63,956 nt of DNA, from the NCBI GenBank assembly GCA_036399335.1, contig DASWNF010000002.1, forward strand, positions 1-63,956. The letters run 5' to 3'. Below the pieces are notes generated by a model. That model was not told the origin of the DNA. It searched no databases and saw only the letters and a list, made by a program, of their open reading frames with translations. A program made the translations under genes and the position numbers. Positions 33,297 through 42,729 of the stretch are shown here, one piece after another. Numbering within the stretch: position 1 is the stretch's first letter; each line of letters begins with the position of its first letter. Origin of the DNA: Minisyncoccota bacterium. Its GTDB lineage: Bacteria > Patescibacteriota > Minisyncoccia > Phycocordibacterales > Phycocordibacteraceae.

Positions 33297-35576
33297 TTAC
33301 TTCCCCGAGTTCATGAGCGCGCGCGTAATCGGGCCGAAGTAGCCAGCGGTCGGCGTGATGCCGTTTGCTGCCTGGTAGGCCGCGACTGCGGCGCGGGTGA
33401 GCGGACCGAAGTAGCCGGTTGGCGCCTCGATCTTCAGGTATCCCTTCGTGATGAGGATCTTCTGGAGTTCGGTGACGTCGCTATTCGTTAGGCCGAAGAA
33501 GAGGTCCTGGTTGAAGACGAAAGTCGCTTCGCCGAGGACTTCCCCGCCACCGTTCGTGTCACCGGAGGTGTCAGAATCGGAGTCATTGTCATCGGAGTCG
33601 TCGTCATTGTCGTTGCTGGAGTTGTTGCTCGAGCCAGACCGTGACGAACCGCCTCCACCACCGCCACCGACGCGGCGGTTGTCCACGATAACCGTGCGGG
33701 TAACCTGCGTTGCGGGGTTGCCTGCAGAATCAACGGCGTCATACGTAATGACATAGATGCCCGGAACTGCCGTGTTGACTGTGTCGCCGCCTACCGTCAC
33801 TTCTACTGAGCCGTCTCGGGCGTCCTCTGCGGTCGCTCCCGGGTCAGTGAAGGTAGAGTCTTCTGCTACGGTCATGGTGTCGTCTCCCTCGAGGGTAATG
33901 ACCGGGCCGGCGGTATCGGTCGATGAGGTAAGTACGACATCGTCGAAGAGGAACCCGTATCCGTCTGCTGCCGCGTTGCCCGTATTGCGCGCCTGGATGA
34001 GCATCGTGTTGACGATACGAGGGCTCTGCTCAGCAGCAGCTTCGGGGTGGTAGCGGTAGTAATCTTCCCAACTCGTTCCGGTGTGTTCAAGGTCGCCATC
34101 AACAAACACCTTTACAATGTCGTTTGACGGGCCCTCGACTGCATTAAGAAGCAGCTTGATGTCGTGAGGTACGGTCCTGCTGAAGACGCCAAGTTCAGTT
34201 GTCCGGAATGTCGCGGTTCCCGGTGCTCCCGAGCTCGTAACATCGATGAACCGTATGCTGATACCGGCAGCCGTGTCATCGAAGCGGAGGTAGCTCATGC
34301 GGGAGCCGTCACCACGATCTGGAGAAACGGAAACCTGCGTAATGCCAGGCACCACCTGTTCGCTTGCGGCTGCAATGGTGAACTCCATATCGAAGTGCTT
34401 CTGCAGGTCGCCTGCGTCGTATGCGCCCTCAGTCGAATCAGCCTCACCTACCGCATCTTCGGTCGGCGCAGCGAAGATCCAGTCAGCAAAGGAACCGCTC
34501 GCAACTGCGTTCGATACGCGAAGCAGCTTGCAGCCAAGGGTCGTGTATCCGTACGAGTTGGTAACGATTTCCTGGTCATAGGCGTCGTTGGTAGCCGTCC
34601 AGTCGTGCTGGTTGTTTACGCTACCGAGGTTGAAACCATCGAAGGTTTCGTCACCACCCTGGCAAGCAGGGACAGCGTTTCCGTCTTCGTCAGTAACGGT
34701 AACCTCACCGTTTGCACTTGTTACGACCGTTGAAGGCGAGTCAGCCTCAACAACCTTAATTGTCGAGCTGTAGTTGTCTACTTTGTCAGAAATAACATAG
34801 ACGTCCGTGGTATTCGTAGTACCCGCTTCCACTGAAAAGCCGTCCATAGGACCCCATCCAGTGACGTTGATGTCGTACCAGTTACCAGCGGTGTCCTTTG
34901 CCCAGAGCTGGATATGCCCTGAAGTATCACCTACGGGAGCAATGCGTACGTTCTCAGAATCTGCATCACCTGTGTTCTTGAGGGATACGGTGATCGGAGT
35001 ACTGCTTGCCACTGCCGCCTGTACTGCGGCGTTGTCATTCGCCTTTCCGTTTGTAGAAGGGACTAGTGCAGATACTTCGACTGTCGTCGAAGGAACCGTG
35101 AGCACGAGGTTCGCAGCCGGGGACGCGTCGGTCGTGAAGGCCTCTTCGCCGCCAGGGTACCAGGTGCCGCCAACTTGAGCCCAAGCAACATAGTAGTACG
35201 TGGTGTTGGGAGTAACTGCAGGCATGTCACTCGGCACGCCGCTTGTCGTCAGGGACGACAAGGAAGCGCTGAAGGACGTGCTTGAGGCAGTCGCGTCGAG
35301 AACCGGCGTCGAGTAGACGCCGTCACCGATAGTGGTATCTGAGGTATCTATGGTGGATGTCGAAACCCAGAATGAGGTTGCCTCCGCATCTGCAGGACCA
35401 ACCGTCCCGTTGAGGGTTGCGTTGTCTTCGGAAACGTTCGAAGCGTCATTCGTAACGACTTCACCGGCAGCTCGTGCTGCGAGAGAACCGCCGAAACTCG
35501 TGAGTAATAGCGCGAAAAGAAGCACAGACGCGGCGAGCGCGCTGCCCATATCCTTACGCATTGATGCGTTAAACAT
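33297..35576 (-). CDS. large secreted surface protein with Ig-like (DUF5011-type) module, G/S/D/N low-complexity linker and C-terminal peptidoglycan-binding domain
   Basis: Signal peptide. GPVITLEGDD...DPGATAEDARDG...PGIYVITYDAVDSAGNPAT. Linker GGGGGGGSSRSGSSNNSSNDNDDDSDD. PG_binding_1-like LQKILITKGYL...GYFGPLTRAAVAAYQAANGI. Confidence 0.75.
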   Translation of the reverse strand: MFNASMRKDMGSALAASVLLFALLLTSFGGSLAARAAGEVVTNDASNVSEDNATLNGTVGPADAEATSFWVSTSTIDTSDTTIGDGVYSTPVLDATASSTSFSASLSSLTTSGVPSDMPAVTPNTTYYYVAWAQVGGTWYPGGEEAFTTDASPAANLVLTVPSTTVEVSALVPSTNGKANDNAAVQAAVASSTPITVSLKNTGDADSENVRIAPVGDTSGHIQLWAKDTAGNWYDINVTGWGPMDGFSVEAGTTNTTDVYVISDKVDNYSSTIKVVEADSPSTVVTSANGEVTVTDEDGNAVPACQGGDETFDGFNLGSVNNQHDWTATNDAYDQEIVTNSYGYTTLGCKLLRVSNAVASGSFADWIFAAPTEDAVGEADSTEGAYDAGDLQKHFDMEFTIAAASEQVVPGITQVSVSPDRGDGSRMSYLRFDDTAAGISIRFIDVTSSGAPGTATFRTTELGVFSRTVPHDIKLLLNAVEGPSNDIVKVFVDGDLEHTGTSWEDYYRYHPEAAAEQSPRIVNTMLIQARNTGNAAADGYGFLFDDVVLTSSTDTAGPVITLEGDDTMTVAEDSTFTDPGATAEDARDGSVEVTVGGDTVNTAVPGIYVITYDAVDSAGNPATQVTRTVIVDNRRVGGGGGGGSSRSGSSNNSSNDNDDDSDDNDSDSDTSGDTNGGGEVLGEATFVFNQDLFFGLTNSDVTELQKILITKGYLKIEAPTGYFGPLTRAAVAAYQAANGITPTAGYFGPITRALMNSGK

Positions 35577-35721
35577 ACGATATTAATGAATTACGCCCTT
35601 AATTAAGATTGCAGCCTGCCGCTGCGATAACCTGGTGAGTATGTTCCTGCTCCCGATGATGTCAAGCTGGAGACTATATATGTACATGATGATGATGAAG
35701 AAAAGGTAGATTATAAGTAAT

Positions 35722-35755
35722 GCAAAAATGCCGGTTTCGAGTTCGAAACCGGCAT
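35722..35755 (-). terminator. rho-independent terminator
   Basis: ATGCCGGTTTCGA-GT-TCGAAACCGGCAT with a T5 run on the minus strand. Confidence 0.8.
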
Positions 35756-35813
35756 GTTGCTATGTCCTTTATGCTAAATACGGATGTCCTATAGGAAGTT
35801 TCGTATTTACTGG

Positions 35814-37376
35814 TTATTGCGCGTTCATCTTCGTACGCGAGAGCGGGCCGAAGTAGCCAGTGGCAGAGATGCCGTTTGCTGCCTGCCATGCACGGAGTGC
35901 GGCGATGGTTGCAGGACCGAAGACACCATTCGGCGTTGCCTTTAAGTATCCCTTACTTGCGAGCTTGAGCTGGAGCTGGCGGACTGCCGGGCTCTCCATG
36001 CCAAACTCAAGGTCAGTCGTGAAGCGATAGCTCCCGGAAGGGGTCGACGGTACTGGCGCAGGAGTAGGAGCCGGCGTCGACGGAGTCGAGGCTGAACTTC
36101 CCTTCTTAGGTGCGGCGACTAGCTTTGGGGCCGTGGCAGGAAGCATTTTCCACATGTTCTGGTCTTCGCCGCCATCGATCTTGAAGATAGCTACTCCAGC
36201 AATGCCGAGTTTGCTTGCGAGGTCTACTTTCTGCTTGATGGCGCCTGCATCGCTCCACGTAAGGTACGTGAGCGGGGCCTGCTGGCGCTTGCTCTTCGCG
36301 AGCGCGAGCGCACCTGCCGAGGCGAGGTATGCGGACGCCGTGTTCTTAGGCGCAAGGCGCGAGAGCTCGTCATGGGACGGGAGCGAGGCCGGATTGTTCT
36401 TCGGCACGTAGCTGAAGCCAAGCTCGCCTGACGGTCCGCGCTCAGGTGTGATGCCGTACTCCTTCGCCGTCTGGACGCCGTAGAGCGGATTGAACGCCTC
36501 CATCTTTATATAGGTGTAGCCCGTACCGCTCGTATTAGGCATTGCCTGCCAAATGTACCCGTACGTAGCAATACCCATGACCATCTTCGACTTCGAGATG
36601 TCCTTCGTCATGTGCTTGAGGGTCTTTTCGACCCATGCGGTATCCGCAATAGGCGCGTAGAGCTTCCCTGCATGCTCACGGTTCAGCTGCACATCGGCGG
36701 TCTGCTGGTCGTACGTCATGACGCGCACGCGATCGCAGTACTGGTTGATCTTAGGGAGGTCGTTTGCGTATTCGATGCCCGCAGGAGGCGTGCCTGAGAA
36801 GCGGGCCTCAAGCGGCATACGGACCTCTATGGTGCACTGGAGCCACTTTGGCTCCTTGCCCTTCTTAAGCTCGGCAGAAAGCTCCTTGAGGAAGGCGGAG
36901 TACGATTCGCGCGTGTCTGCCTTCTTGCCCTCATAGTCGATATCGATACCGTCAAAATCGTTGTCCTCGACGGCGTCGACGATGGCATCAATGTGCGCTT
37001 CCCGCCTATTCGGGTCCGAAAGTACGTTATGGATGGAATTGGTGTCACTCCACATGATGGTCGGGACGAAGCGGACCTTTTTGGCCTCAGCCTCCCTCTT
37101 GAGGCGCTTCCATGCGTCGAGGTCGAGCTTCATGGCGTCGTTCAGCGAGCCGTCGCTCCGCACGGTATAGCCGAAGGGGTTCACTTCGGTGAACTGGTCG
37201 AGATGCGCGCGTGCGTCAGCCGTACCGGCTTCGGTGCGCCAGTACGGGATCCAGCCTGACACCTCAAGGTTTGACGATGCGGCGAGCGCGCTTACCGGCG
37301 TACTGAGGGCGAAGACGGCGATAAGTACTGCCGCGCTTATACGAATAATGGGACGATTGTGGTGTGTGAATGACAT
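35814..37376 (-). CDS. secreted GH18 (chitinase-like) glycosyl hydrolase with C-terminal peptidoglycan-binding domain
   Basis: DFDGIDIDYEG (DxxDxDxE catalytic motif), a signal peptide, and C-terminal VRQLQLKLASKGYL...GVFGPATIAALRAWQAANGI. Confidence 0.8.
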   Translation of the reverse strand: MSFTHHNRPIIRISAAVLIAVFALSTPVSALAASSNLEVSGWIPYWRTEAGTADARAHLDQFTEVNPFGYTVRSDGSLNDAMKLDLDAWKRLKREAEAKKVRFVPTIMWSDTNSIHNVLSDPNRREAHIDAIVDAVEDNDFDGIDIDYEGKKADTRESYSAFLKELSAELKKGKEPKWLQCTIEVRMPLEARFSGTPPAGIEYANDLPKINQYCDRVRVMTYDQQTADVQLNREHAGKLYAPIADTAWVEKTLKHMTKDISKSKMVMGIATYGYIWQAMPNTSGTGYTYIKMEAFNPLYGVQTAKEYGITPERGPSGELGFSYVPKNNPASLPSHDELSRLAPKNTASAYLASAGALALAKSKRQQAPLTYLTWSDAGAIKQKVDLASKLGIAGVAIFKIDGGEDQNMWKMLPATAPKLVAAPKKGSSASTPSTPAPTPAPVPSTPSGSYRFTTDLEFGMESPAVRQLQLKLASKGYLKATPNGVFGPATIAALRAWQAANGISATGYFGPLSRTKMNAQ

Positions 37377-37538
37377 AGACTAGGACTAGTATACCGAGCG
37401 AGTAAGCATAAGACCAACTCAGCAGTAATGTGCGTTTATATAGGTTATGACGGCCAGGTGCGTCTCCGCTTACGAAATTCACCTGCGCTTAAGGCAACCT
37501 TGCGCATAGTCTGGGAGGACCGAAAGAGGAGAAGTATA

Positions 37539-37850
37539 ATGGCCCAAGCTCATCCGAGTACCGACCTGCGCTTGCAGCAATTCCATTTCCTGCTGCGCAA
37601 GAACGTTTCGAACTTCAGTGCATGGGTGCTCCTGCACAACACGGCCGAAGATGTGCCGGCTGAAGCGTTCTCGGCCTGCCTTGGCACGGCAATCGCGTCA
37701 GGCATCGCAACGCCTGCGTCGATAGCCCAGGAAGCCGGGGTTAACCGTGATGACGTCCTCGACTGGCTCGACCGCACGGACGCGCCATCGCCGCGCGTAC
37801 GCTTCGAGGTCATTACATGGCTCAAGGAGCTCTCGAAGCCAATGCACTAG
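37539..37850 (+). CDS. hypothetical protein
   Basis: GAGGAG SD before the ATG at 37539. 103 aa. A terminator follows. Confidence 0.5.
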   Translation: MAQAHPSTDLRLQQFHFLLRKNVSNFSAWVLLHNTAEDVPAEAFSACLGTAIASGIATPASIAQEAGVNRDDVLDWLDRTDAPSPRVRFEVITWLKELSKPMH

Positions 37851-37873
37851 AAGGGGTTCGTAGGATATGGGTT

Positions 37874-37906
37874 CACCCGGATACGCATGGTATCCGGGTG
37901 TTTTTA
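37874..37906 (+). terminator. rho-independent terminator
   Basis: CACCCGGATAC-GCATG-GTATCCGGGTG followed by TTTTTA. Confidence 0.8.
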
Positions 37907-37970
37907 TAGATCCGATCGCATAACGGGAAACAGCCTCGCGCGAGGCGAGGCCGTATCCCTTGTAAAAGGG

Positions 37971-38582
37971 TTACTTAAGTGCGATTTCCGGAGTACCTTC
38001 GACGATTACGGCGAGCTCTGCCTGGGTCATAGGGATATCCTTGACTGACATAGAGCCGACAATCGTGACGGTAACCGAGGCGCAGCGGCCAACGGCAAGC
38101 GCGGGATTCACCATGCGCCCGTCCACCCACACCTTCTTATGCTGATCGAGCAGCACGTCAACGGTGTTGATGATACGTGGGTTCATGGCGTCCGCGATGA
38201 CGCGGTAGCCTATCTGCTCCTCAACCTGGCTAAGGCGGCACGATGGCGTGTCTGCCACGGTGCGCTCAATCTTAATGATTGTGCCGTACGGAAGCACTGC
38301 GGCGAGGTCGCGAGACCGTGCGGCAATAACTTCCGGGTTGGAGAACGCGCCGACCGCAGTGGTAAACGGGGTGTTATCCGTTTGTCCTGGGACGGCATTA
38401 TATGCGGTGAGCTTGGCCGTGAGAGAAACCGGGGTTTCCTTCACGCTGGCGTTCGAAGCAAGAGCCTCGAGCCCGTTCGGGATGAGAGCGGTGTGAGCCG
38501 CTTCAGCCGAGTGCGGGGCGATTGCGCCAACCGGCAAAACGAGAAAGCCCACCAGGGCTGTTACGAGAAAACGCATAAACAC
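37971..38582 (-). CDS. secreted 3D (MltA-like) domain protein
   Basis: Signal peptide. TAKLTAYNAVPGQTDNTPFTTA and YRVIADAMNPR...VDVL resemble 3D-domain proteins. Confidence 0.6.
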   Translation of the reverse strand: MFMRFLVTALVGFLVLPVGAIAPHSAEAAHTALIPNGLEALASNASVKETPVSLTAKLTAYNAVPGQTDNTPFTTAVGAFSNPEVIAARSRDLAAVLPYGTIIKIERTVADTPSCRLSQVEEQIGYRVIADAMNPRIINTVDVLLDQHKKVWVDGRMVNPALAVGRCASVTVTIVGSMSVKDIPMTQAELAVIVEGTPEIALK

Positions 38583-38748
38583 AAAAACGCCTTTCGGCGC
38601 TTTTGTTCGATTAAGGTATCATGGCAAGCTCTTCCTTGTCAAGCGTTTTCAGGGTCCGGGTTAGGGTCTACCAGCCAGAATCCGTAATAAATACGCCATA
38701 TTTTCTTTATTATTAGGCCACCGATTAAGGCCTCTGTACAGCCAAGCG

Positions 38749-41613
38749 CTACGGTATGAGGTTCAGGATCCGGCCCGGACGATAGATTACCCGGCTTGGC
38801 TGCCCGCCCGGGAACAGCTCCCGCACCTTGGACACCAAAAGCGCAGCGGCAACGGCCTCAGCCTCGCTCGCATTGTGGGAAATGGTGATTTCCCCTCTTG
38901 TCTTGCCCGCAATTTGCACGCCGATGGTGACGGTATCACTTTCGAGGTGCCTTGCATCAAAGCTCGGCCACGAAGCCTTATGGATGGAACCGGCTTCCCC
39001 CAGCCGTTCCCACAACTCTTCGGTAATGTGGGGGGCGAATGGTGCGAGTATGCGGAGGAATGAGCTCCACTGCTCGCGTCCTATGGCGCGCTCCGCTTCA
39101 AGCGCATTGAGGAAGATCATCATCTGGCTGATAGCCGTATTGAACCTAAAGTTCAGGATGTCATCGCCGACTTTTTGGATGGCCTGGTGGAGCGGCTGCT
39201 CAAGTGCCGGGATGTGCTCATCTTGCACCCGGTCGCTTGCGCGCCAGACCCGGTCGAGGAACCTGCGCGAGCCGACCAAGCTCTTCGTATTCCAGGCGAT
39301 GGCATTCTCGAACGGGCCCATGAACATTTCGTATACGCGGAAGGCGTCAGCGCCGTACTCGGCGACGACGTCGTCAGGGTTTATGACGTTCCCGAAGCGC
39401 TTACTCATCTTCTTCCCGTCTTCGGCAATGATGAGCCCGACCGAATGGAGCTTCTTGAAGGGCTCAAGCGTCGAGACCACACCGATATCAAGCAGGAACT
39501 TATGCCAGAACCGCGCATAGATGAGGTGACGGGTCGCGTGCTCCGCGCCTCCCACGTACATATCAACGGGTGCCCAAAACTTCTCGGCCTCGGGAGAAAC
39601 GAGGGCTTCGGTATTATGCGGGTCCATATAGCGGAGGTAATACCAGGACGACCCTGCCCACTGCGGCATGGTATTGGTTTCGCGCTTAGCTGCGCCCCGG
39701 CACTTCGGGCACGCCGTGTTGACCCAAGAGTCAATGGCCGCAAGCGGGGATTCGCCTGTTCCCGTAGGCTCATAGTGCTCAACGTCGGGAAGCCGGACCG
39801 GCAGGTCCTCATAAGGCACGGGCACGACCCCGCACGAGCCGCAGTAGACAATCGGGATCGGTTCGCCCCAATACCGCTGGCGCGAGAACACCCAATCGCG
39901 AAGACGGTACGTCGTCGTCCTTCGGGCAAGCCCGTGTGCCTCGGCGTAGGCAACGATGTCCTCACGCGCTTCGGCGGGCACACGCCCCTTGAACTCGTCG
40001 GGTTCGGCGAGAATGCTGTTTTCCATGTCCGTCCAGCAGACTTCATTAAATAACTTCTTGAAGGCGTACTGGTGCGATACGGGCGTAAGGAACGGGGTCA
40101 TCTCTTCCTTCGTAAGCCAGCGGAGTTCGTGCTTCCCCTTCTCTTCGTGTGGGATCTCCTGCTGTTCACCGTCCTCAAGCTCTACGTAATACGTGGGCGC
40201 ATGCCCGAAGCGGTTCTGCTGCTTCGGGGCATGGTAGTACTTACCGTGTATGGTCCCGAGGCTCCGCGCAATGCGCGCGTGCACATATCCCGTTTCTTCG
40301 CGTATCTCGCGCAGCACCGTCTCCTCAGGACTTTCGCCGTCTTCAATACCTCCAGTGAGGAAGGTGCCCCAGCCGGCTTCAGGCCAGGTAAGCCCTAGGT
40401 ACTTCTCTTCGGACCAATGCTTTACGATAGCAATAACAGCATGGCTGTCGGCCACTGGCTCGTTCGGGCGGAATGCCGCAGTCCCGGTGTCTTGTACGAC
40501 AACCGGCTCGAGCACTTCCTTGAGCGGTATGCCGTACTTCTTGGCGAAGGCGAAGTCACGCTCGTCGTGCGCCGAGCACTTCACGATACCCGTGCCGTAT
40601 TCGGCGAGGGCGTAATTAGCTACCCAAATAGGCAACTCACCATTGCCGACCGGGTCGATTGTATAGCGCCCCGTAAATATGCCCACGGGCTCCTTCACCT
40701 CTCCGTACTTGTCTTCGGCGCGCTCGGCAGCCATGGCCGCGGCTTCGGCGAGTATACGCGGCGCTTCAGGCACGCCTTCGACGAGTTTGGGGAGGAGCGG
40801 ATGGTCAGGCGCGATGACGACGAACGTATCCGCCCGGAAGGCCTCGAAGTGCGCACTGAACGTCTCGAGCACCATGTCCGTGTCCTTTACGGGCGAGGTA
40901 AAGACAAGCCCTTCAGACTTCCCGATCCAGTTCCGTTGGGACTCCTTGATGTGCTCCGGCCAACCGTCGAGCGTGTCGAGGTCGGTGAGCAGGCGTTCTG
41001 CGTAGTCGGTAATCTTAAGCACCCACTGGGGGAGCTTCTTCTTGACTACAAGCGTGCCGCACCGCTCACAGCGGCCTTGGTCGAGGTCTTCGTTCGCAAG
41101 CCCTGTCATGCAGGACGGGCACCAGTTAATAGGCTCTTCCGAGCGGAAGGCGAGCCCGTGCTCGTAGAGCTTGAGGAATATCCACTGGGTCCAGCGGTAA
41201 TACTCGGGGTCGGTGGTATTAACTTCGCGGCTCCAATCGTAATCAAAGCCGATGCGCCCGAGCTGGTCCTTGAAGCGGGCGACGTTTTTCTCGACGGCTG
41301 CGCGCGGGTGCACCTTGTTCTTAAGCGCATAGTTCTCGGCGGGCAAGCCAAAGGCATCCCATCCCATCGGATGGAGTACGGACTTCCCTTGCATACGCAT
41401 GTGGCGCGCGTACACGTCAGTCGCGATATAGCCTTTAGGATGTCCTACGTGGAGCCCCTCGCCTGAGGGGTACGGGAACATGTCGAGGACGTAGCACTTT
41501 TCCTTCCCTTCTGTCTCCTGCGAGGCATAGAGGTTAGTAGTGCGCCATTTCTCCTGCGCTTTTTTCTCGAGTTCTTCGTGTTGGTACGATTCCTTAGCCA
41601 TAGCAATGCGCAC
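38749..41613 (-). CDS. leuS: leucine--tRNA ligase with inserted Nudix domain
   Basis: HIGH (GLHVGHPKGY), KMSKS (GKKMSKRFGN), RNWIGKSEG, a CP1 region (IAPDHPL...GTGIVKCSAHDERDFAFA) and YRLRDWVFSRQRYWGEPIP. 954 aa; ATG at 41613 or 41601. Confidence 0.9.
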   Translation of the reverse strand: MRIAMAKESYQHEELEKKAQEKWRTTNLYASQETEGKEKCYVLDMFPYPSGEGLHVGHPKGYIATDVYARHMRMQGKSVLHPMGWDAFGLPAENYALKNKVHPRAAVEKNVARFKDQLGRIGFDYDWSREVNTTDPEYYRWTQWIFLKLYEHGLAFRSEEPINWCPSCMTGLANEDLDQGRCERCGTLVVKKKLPQWVLKITDYAERLLTDLDTLDGWPEHIKESQRNWIGKSEGLVFTSPVKDTDMVLETFSAHFEAFRADTFVVIAPDHPLLPKLVEGVPEAPRILAEAAAMAAERAEDKYGEVKEPVGIFTGRYTIDPVGNGELPIWVANYALAEYGTGIVKCSAHDERDFAFAKKYGIPLKEVLEPVVVQDTGTAAFRPNEPVADSHAVIAIVKHWSEEKYLGLTWPEAGWGTFLTGGIEDGESPEETVLREIREETGYVHARIARSLGTIHGKYYHAPKQQNRFGHAPTYYVELEDGEQQEIPHEEKGKHELRWLTKEEMTPFLTPVSHQYAFKKLFNEVCWTDMENSILAEPDEFKGRVPAEAREDIVAYAEAHGLARRTTTYRLRDWVFSRQRYWGEPIPIVYCGSCGVVPVPYEDLPVRLPDVEHYEPTGTGESPLAAIDSWVNTACPKCRGAAKRETNTMPQWAGSSWYYLRYMDPHNTEALVSPEAEKFWAPVDMYVGGAEHATRHLIYARFWHKFLLDIGVVSTLEPFKKLHSVGLIIAEDGKKMSKRFGNVINPDDVVAEYGADAFRVYEMFMGPFENAIAWNTKSLVGSRRFLDRVWRASDRVQDEHIPALEQPLHQAIQKVGDDILNFRFNTAISQMMIFLNALEAERAIGREQWSSFLRILAPFAPHITEELWERLGEAGSIHKASWPSFDARHLESDTVTIGVQIAGKTRGEITISHNASEAEAVAAALLVSKVRELFPGGQPSRVIYRPGRILNLIP
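40039..40461 (-). other. Nudix hydrolase domain inserted in LeuS (about residues 385-525)
   Basis: Nudix box GGIEDGESPEETVLREIREETGY (40285-40353) fits Gx5Ex7REUxEExGU. Confidence 0.75.
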
Positions 41614-41621
41614 GAAGGCCG

Positions 41622-42566
41622 TTATTGCGCCTTCTCGTACGGTGGATAGAAGTCAGGGTCGATGGTGCGGTCGAAGCACGTCTCGCCCGTGCCGTGTTCC
41701 CAATTATCGCTCATCGGCATGCCCGGATAGCTCGTGTCGTGCATCGGGTAGCCGCCTCGTCCCTCCAGGTCGCGACTCGGCAGGTTGAAGGTACTGCACA
41801 GCTTGAAGGCGAGGTCGCCGGTTGTCTCGTAGCGATACGAAGTACCTGTCTGCGGGTCGCTCGGCACCACAAAGCCCGTCATGGGGGTTACGAGCTCATT
41901 CAGTGACTTCGGGAGCGCTTCCTTCTGTTGCCAGTAATTTACGATTTCGTATTGGATGGTTTGGAGGTCGGAGGTCTTCTGTTCGTCATAGCGGAAGAGG
42001 CGCATCTGGTGCGGACTGCCGACGATAAAGAAGCCGGCAACGACGGTGAGGAGCACGAGAAGCCCCGAAGCAAGGCCGATCAAGGTCGCCCTACGGGGGT
42101 GGAGGATCCAGTACCCGCGCAGGTCAGCCAGGAAGTGGAGCGCGACGCCGAAGGCGATGAGGAGCACGACGGCCACCTTAAGCGCAAAGCGGACGGTAAT
42201 CTCACCGCCAAGAAAGGTATTGATGAGCGTAATGAGGTCGATGAGTATGGTGGTACCGGCGATAAAGAGCGTGAGCATGAGTGCCCAGCGGCGGATCCAT
42301 ACCTGCGCGCGTGAAGGCTCGCGCATAAGCGCCTTCCGGATGAGGTGAAGAAGCATGAGCGCCGTCGGCGTAAGCACGATGAGCGTCGCCATTGAGAAGC
42401 GGATCGCCCCGCCGTAAGGATCGGCATAGTACGCGAGCGGGTCCGGGAAGACGTAATTAATATATTCGAATAGGAGCGTAATGAGCGCTGCGATGCTCCC
42501 GTAGAGGGCGATGACCGCACCGAACCAAAGAAAGAAATCGCGCGGGGTGGTCTTTTCCATACGCAT
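41622..42566 (-). CDS. DUF5671-like membrane protein
   Basis: N-terminal multi-TM region (FFLWFGAVIALYGSIAALITLLFEYIN...) plus a soluble C-terminal domain. 314 aa. Confidence 0.5.
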   Translation of the reverse strand: MRMEKTTPRDFFLWFGAVIALYGSIAALITLLFEYINYVFPDPLAYYADPYGGAIRFSMATLIVLTPTALMLLHLIRKALMREPSRAQVWIRRWALMLTLFIAGTTILIDLITLINTFLGGEITVRFALKVAVVLLIAFGVALHFLADLRGYWILHPRRATLIGLASGLLVLLTVVAGFFIVGSPHQMRLFRYDEQKTSDLQTIQYEIVNYWQQKEALPKSLNELVTPMTGFVVPSDPQTGTSYRYETTGDLAFKLCSTFNLPSRDLEGRGGYPMHDTSYPGMPMSDNWEHGTGETCFDRTIDPDFYPPYEKAQ

Positions 42567-42729
42567 GAGTATAGCACTAGCGGCTTCCTGGCGGCGTCAT
42601 CATGGCATTGGGCTGAGCTAATTAACTCATTATTGACGGGTAGTAAAGGAATGCGTATGGTGAAAACGGATCACTGGGATCCTTTGACAACCGAGCCGCG
42701 CAAACTAGCGGCCAAAGAAAGGCAGTCAA

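Noticed and set aside
39175-41466. Plus-strand ORFs 39175..40053 and 40417..41466 inside leuS
   Set aside because: leuS on the minus strand is certain. These are antisense shadow ORFs.
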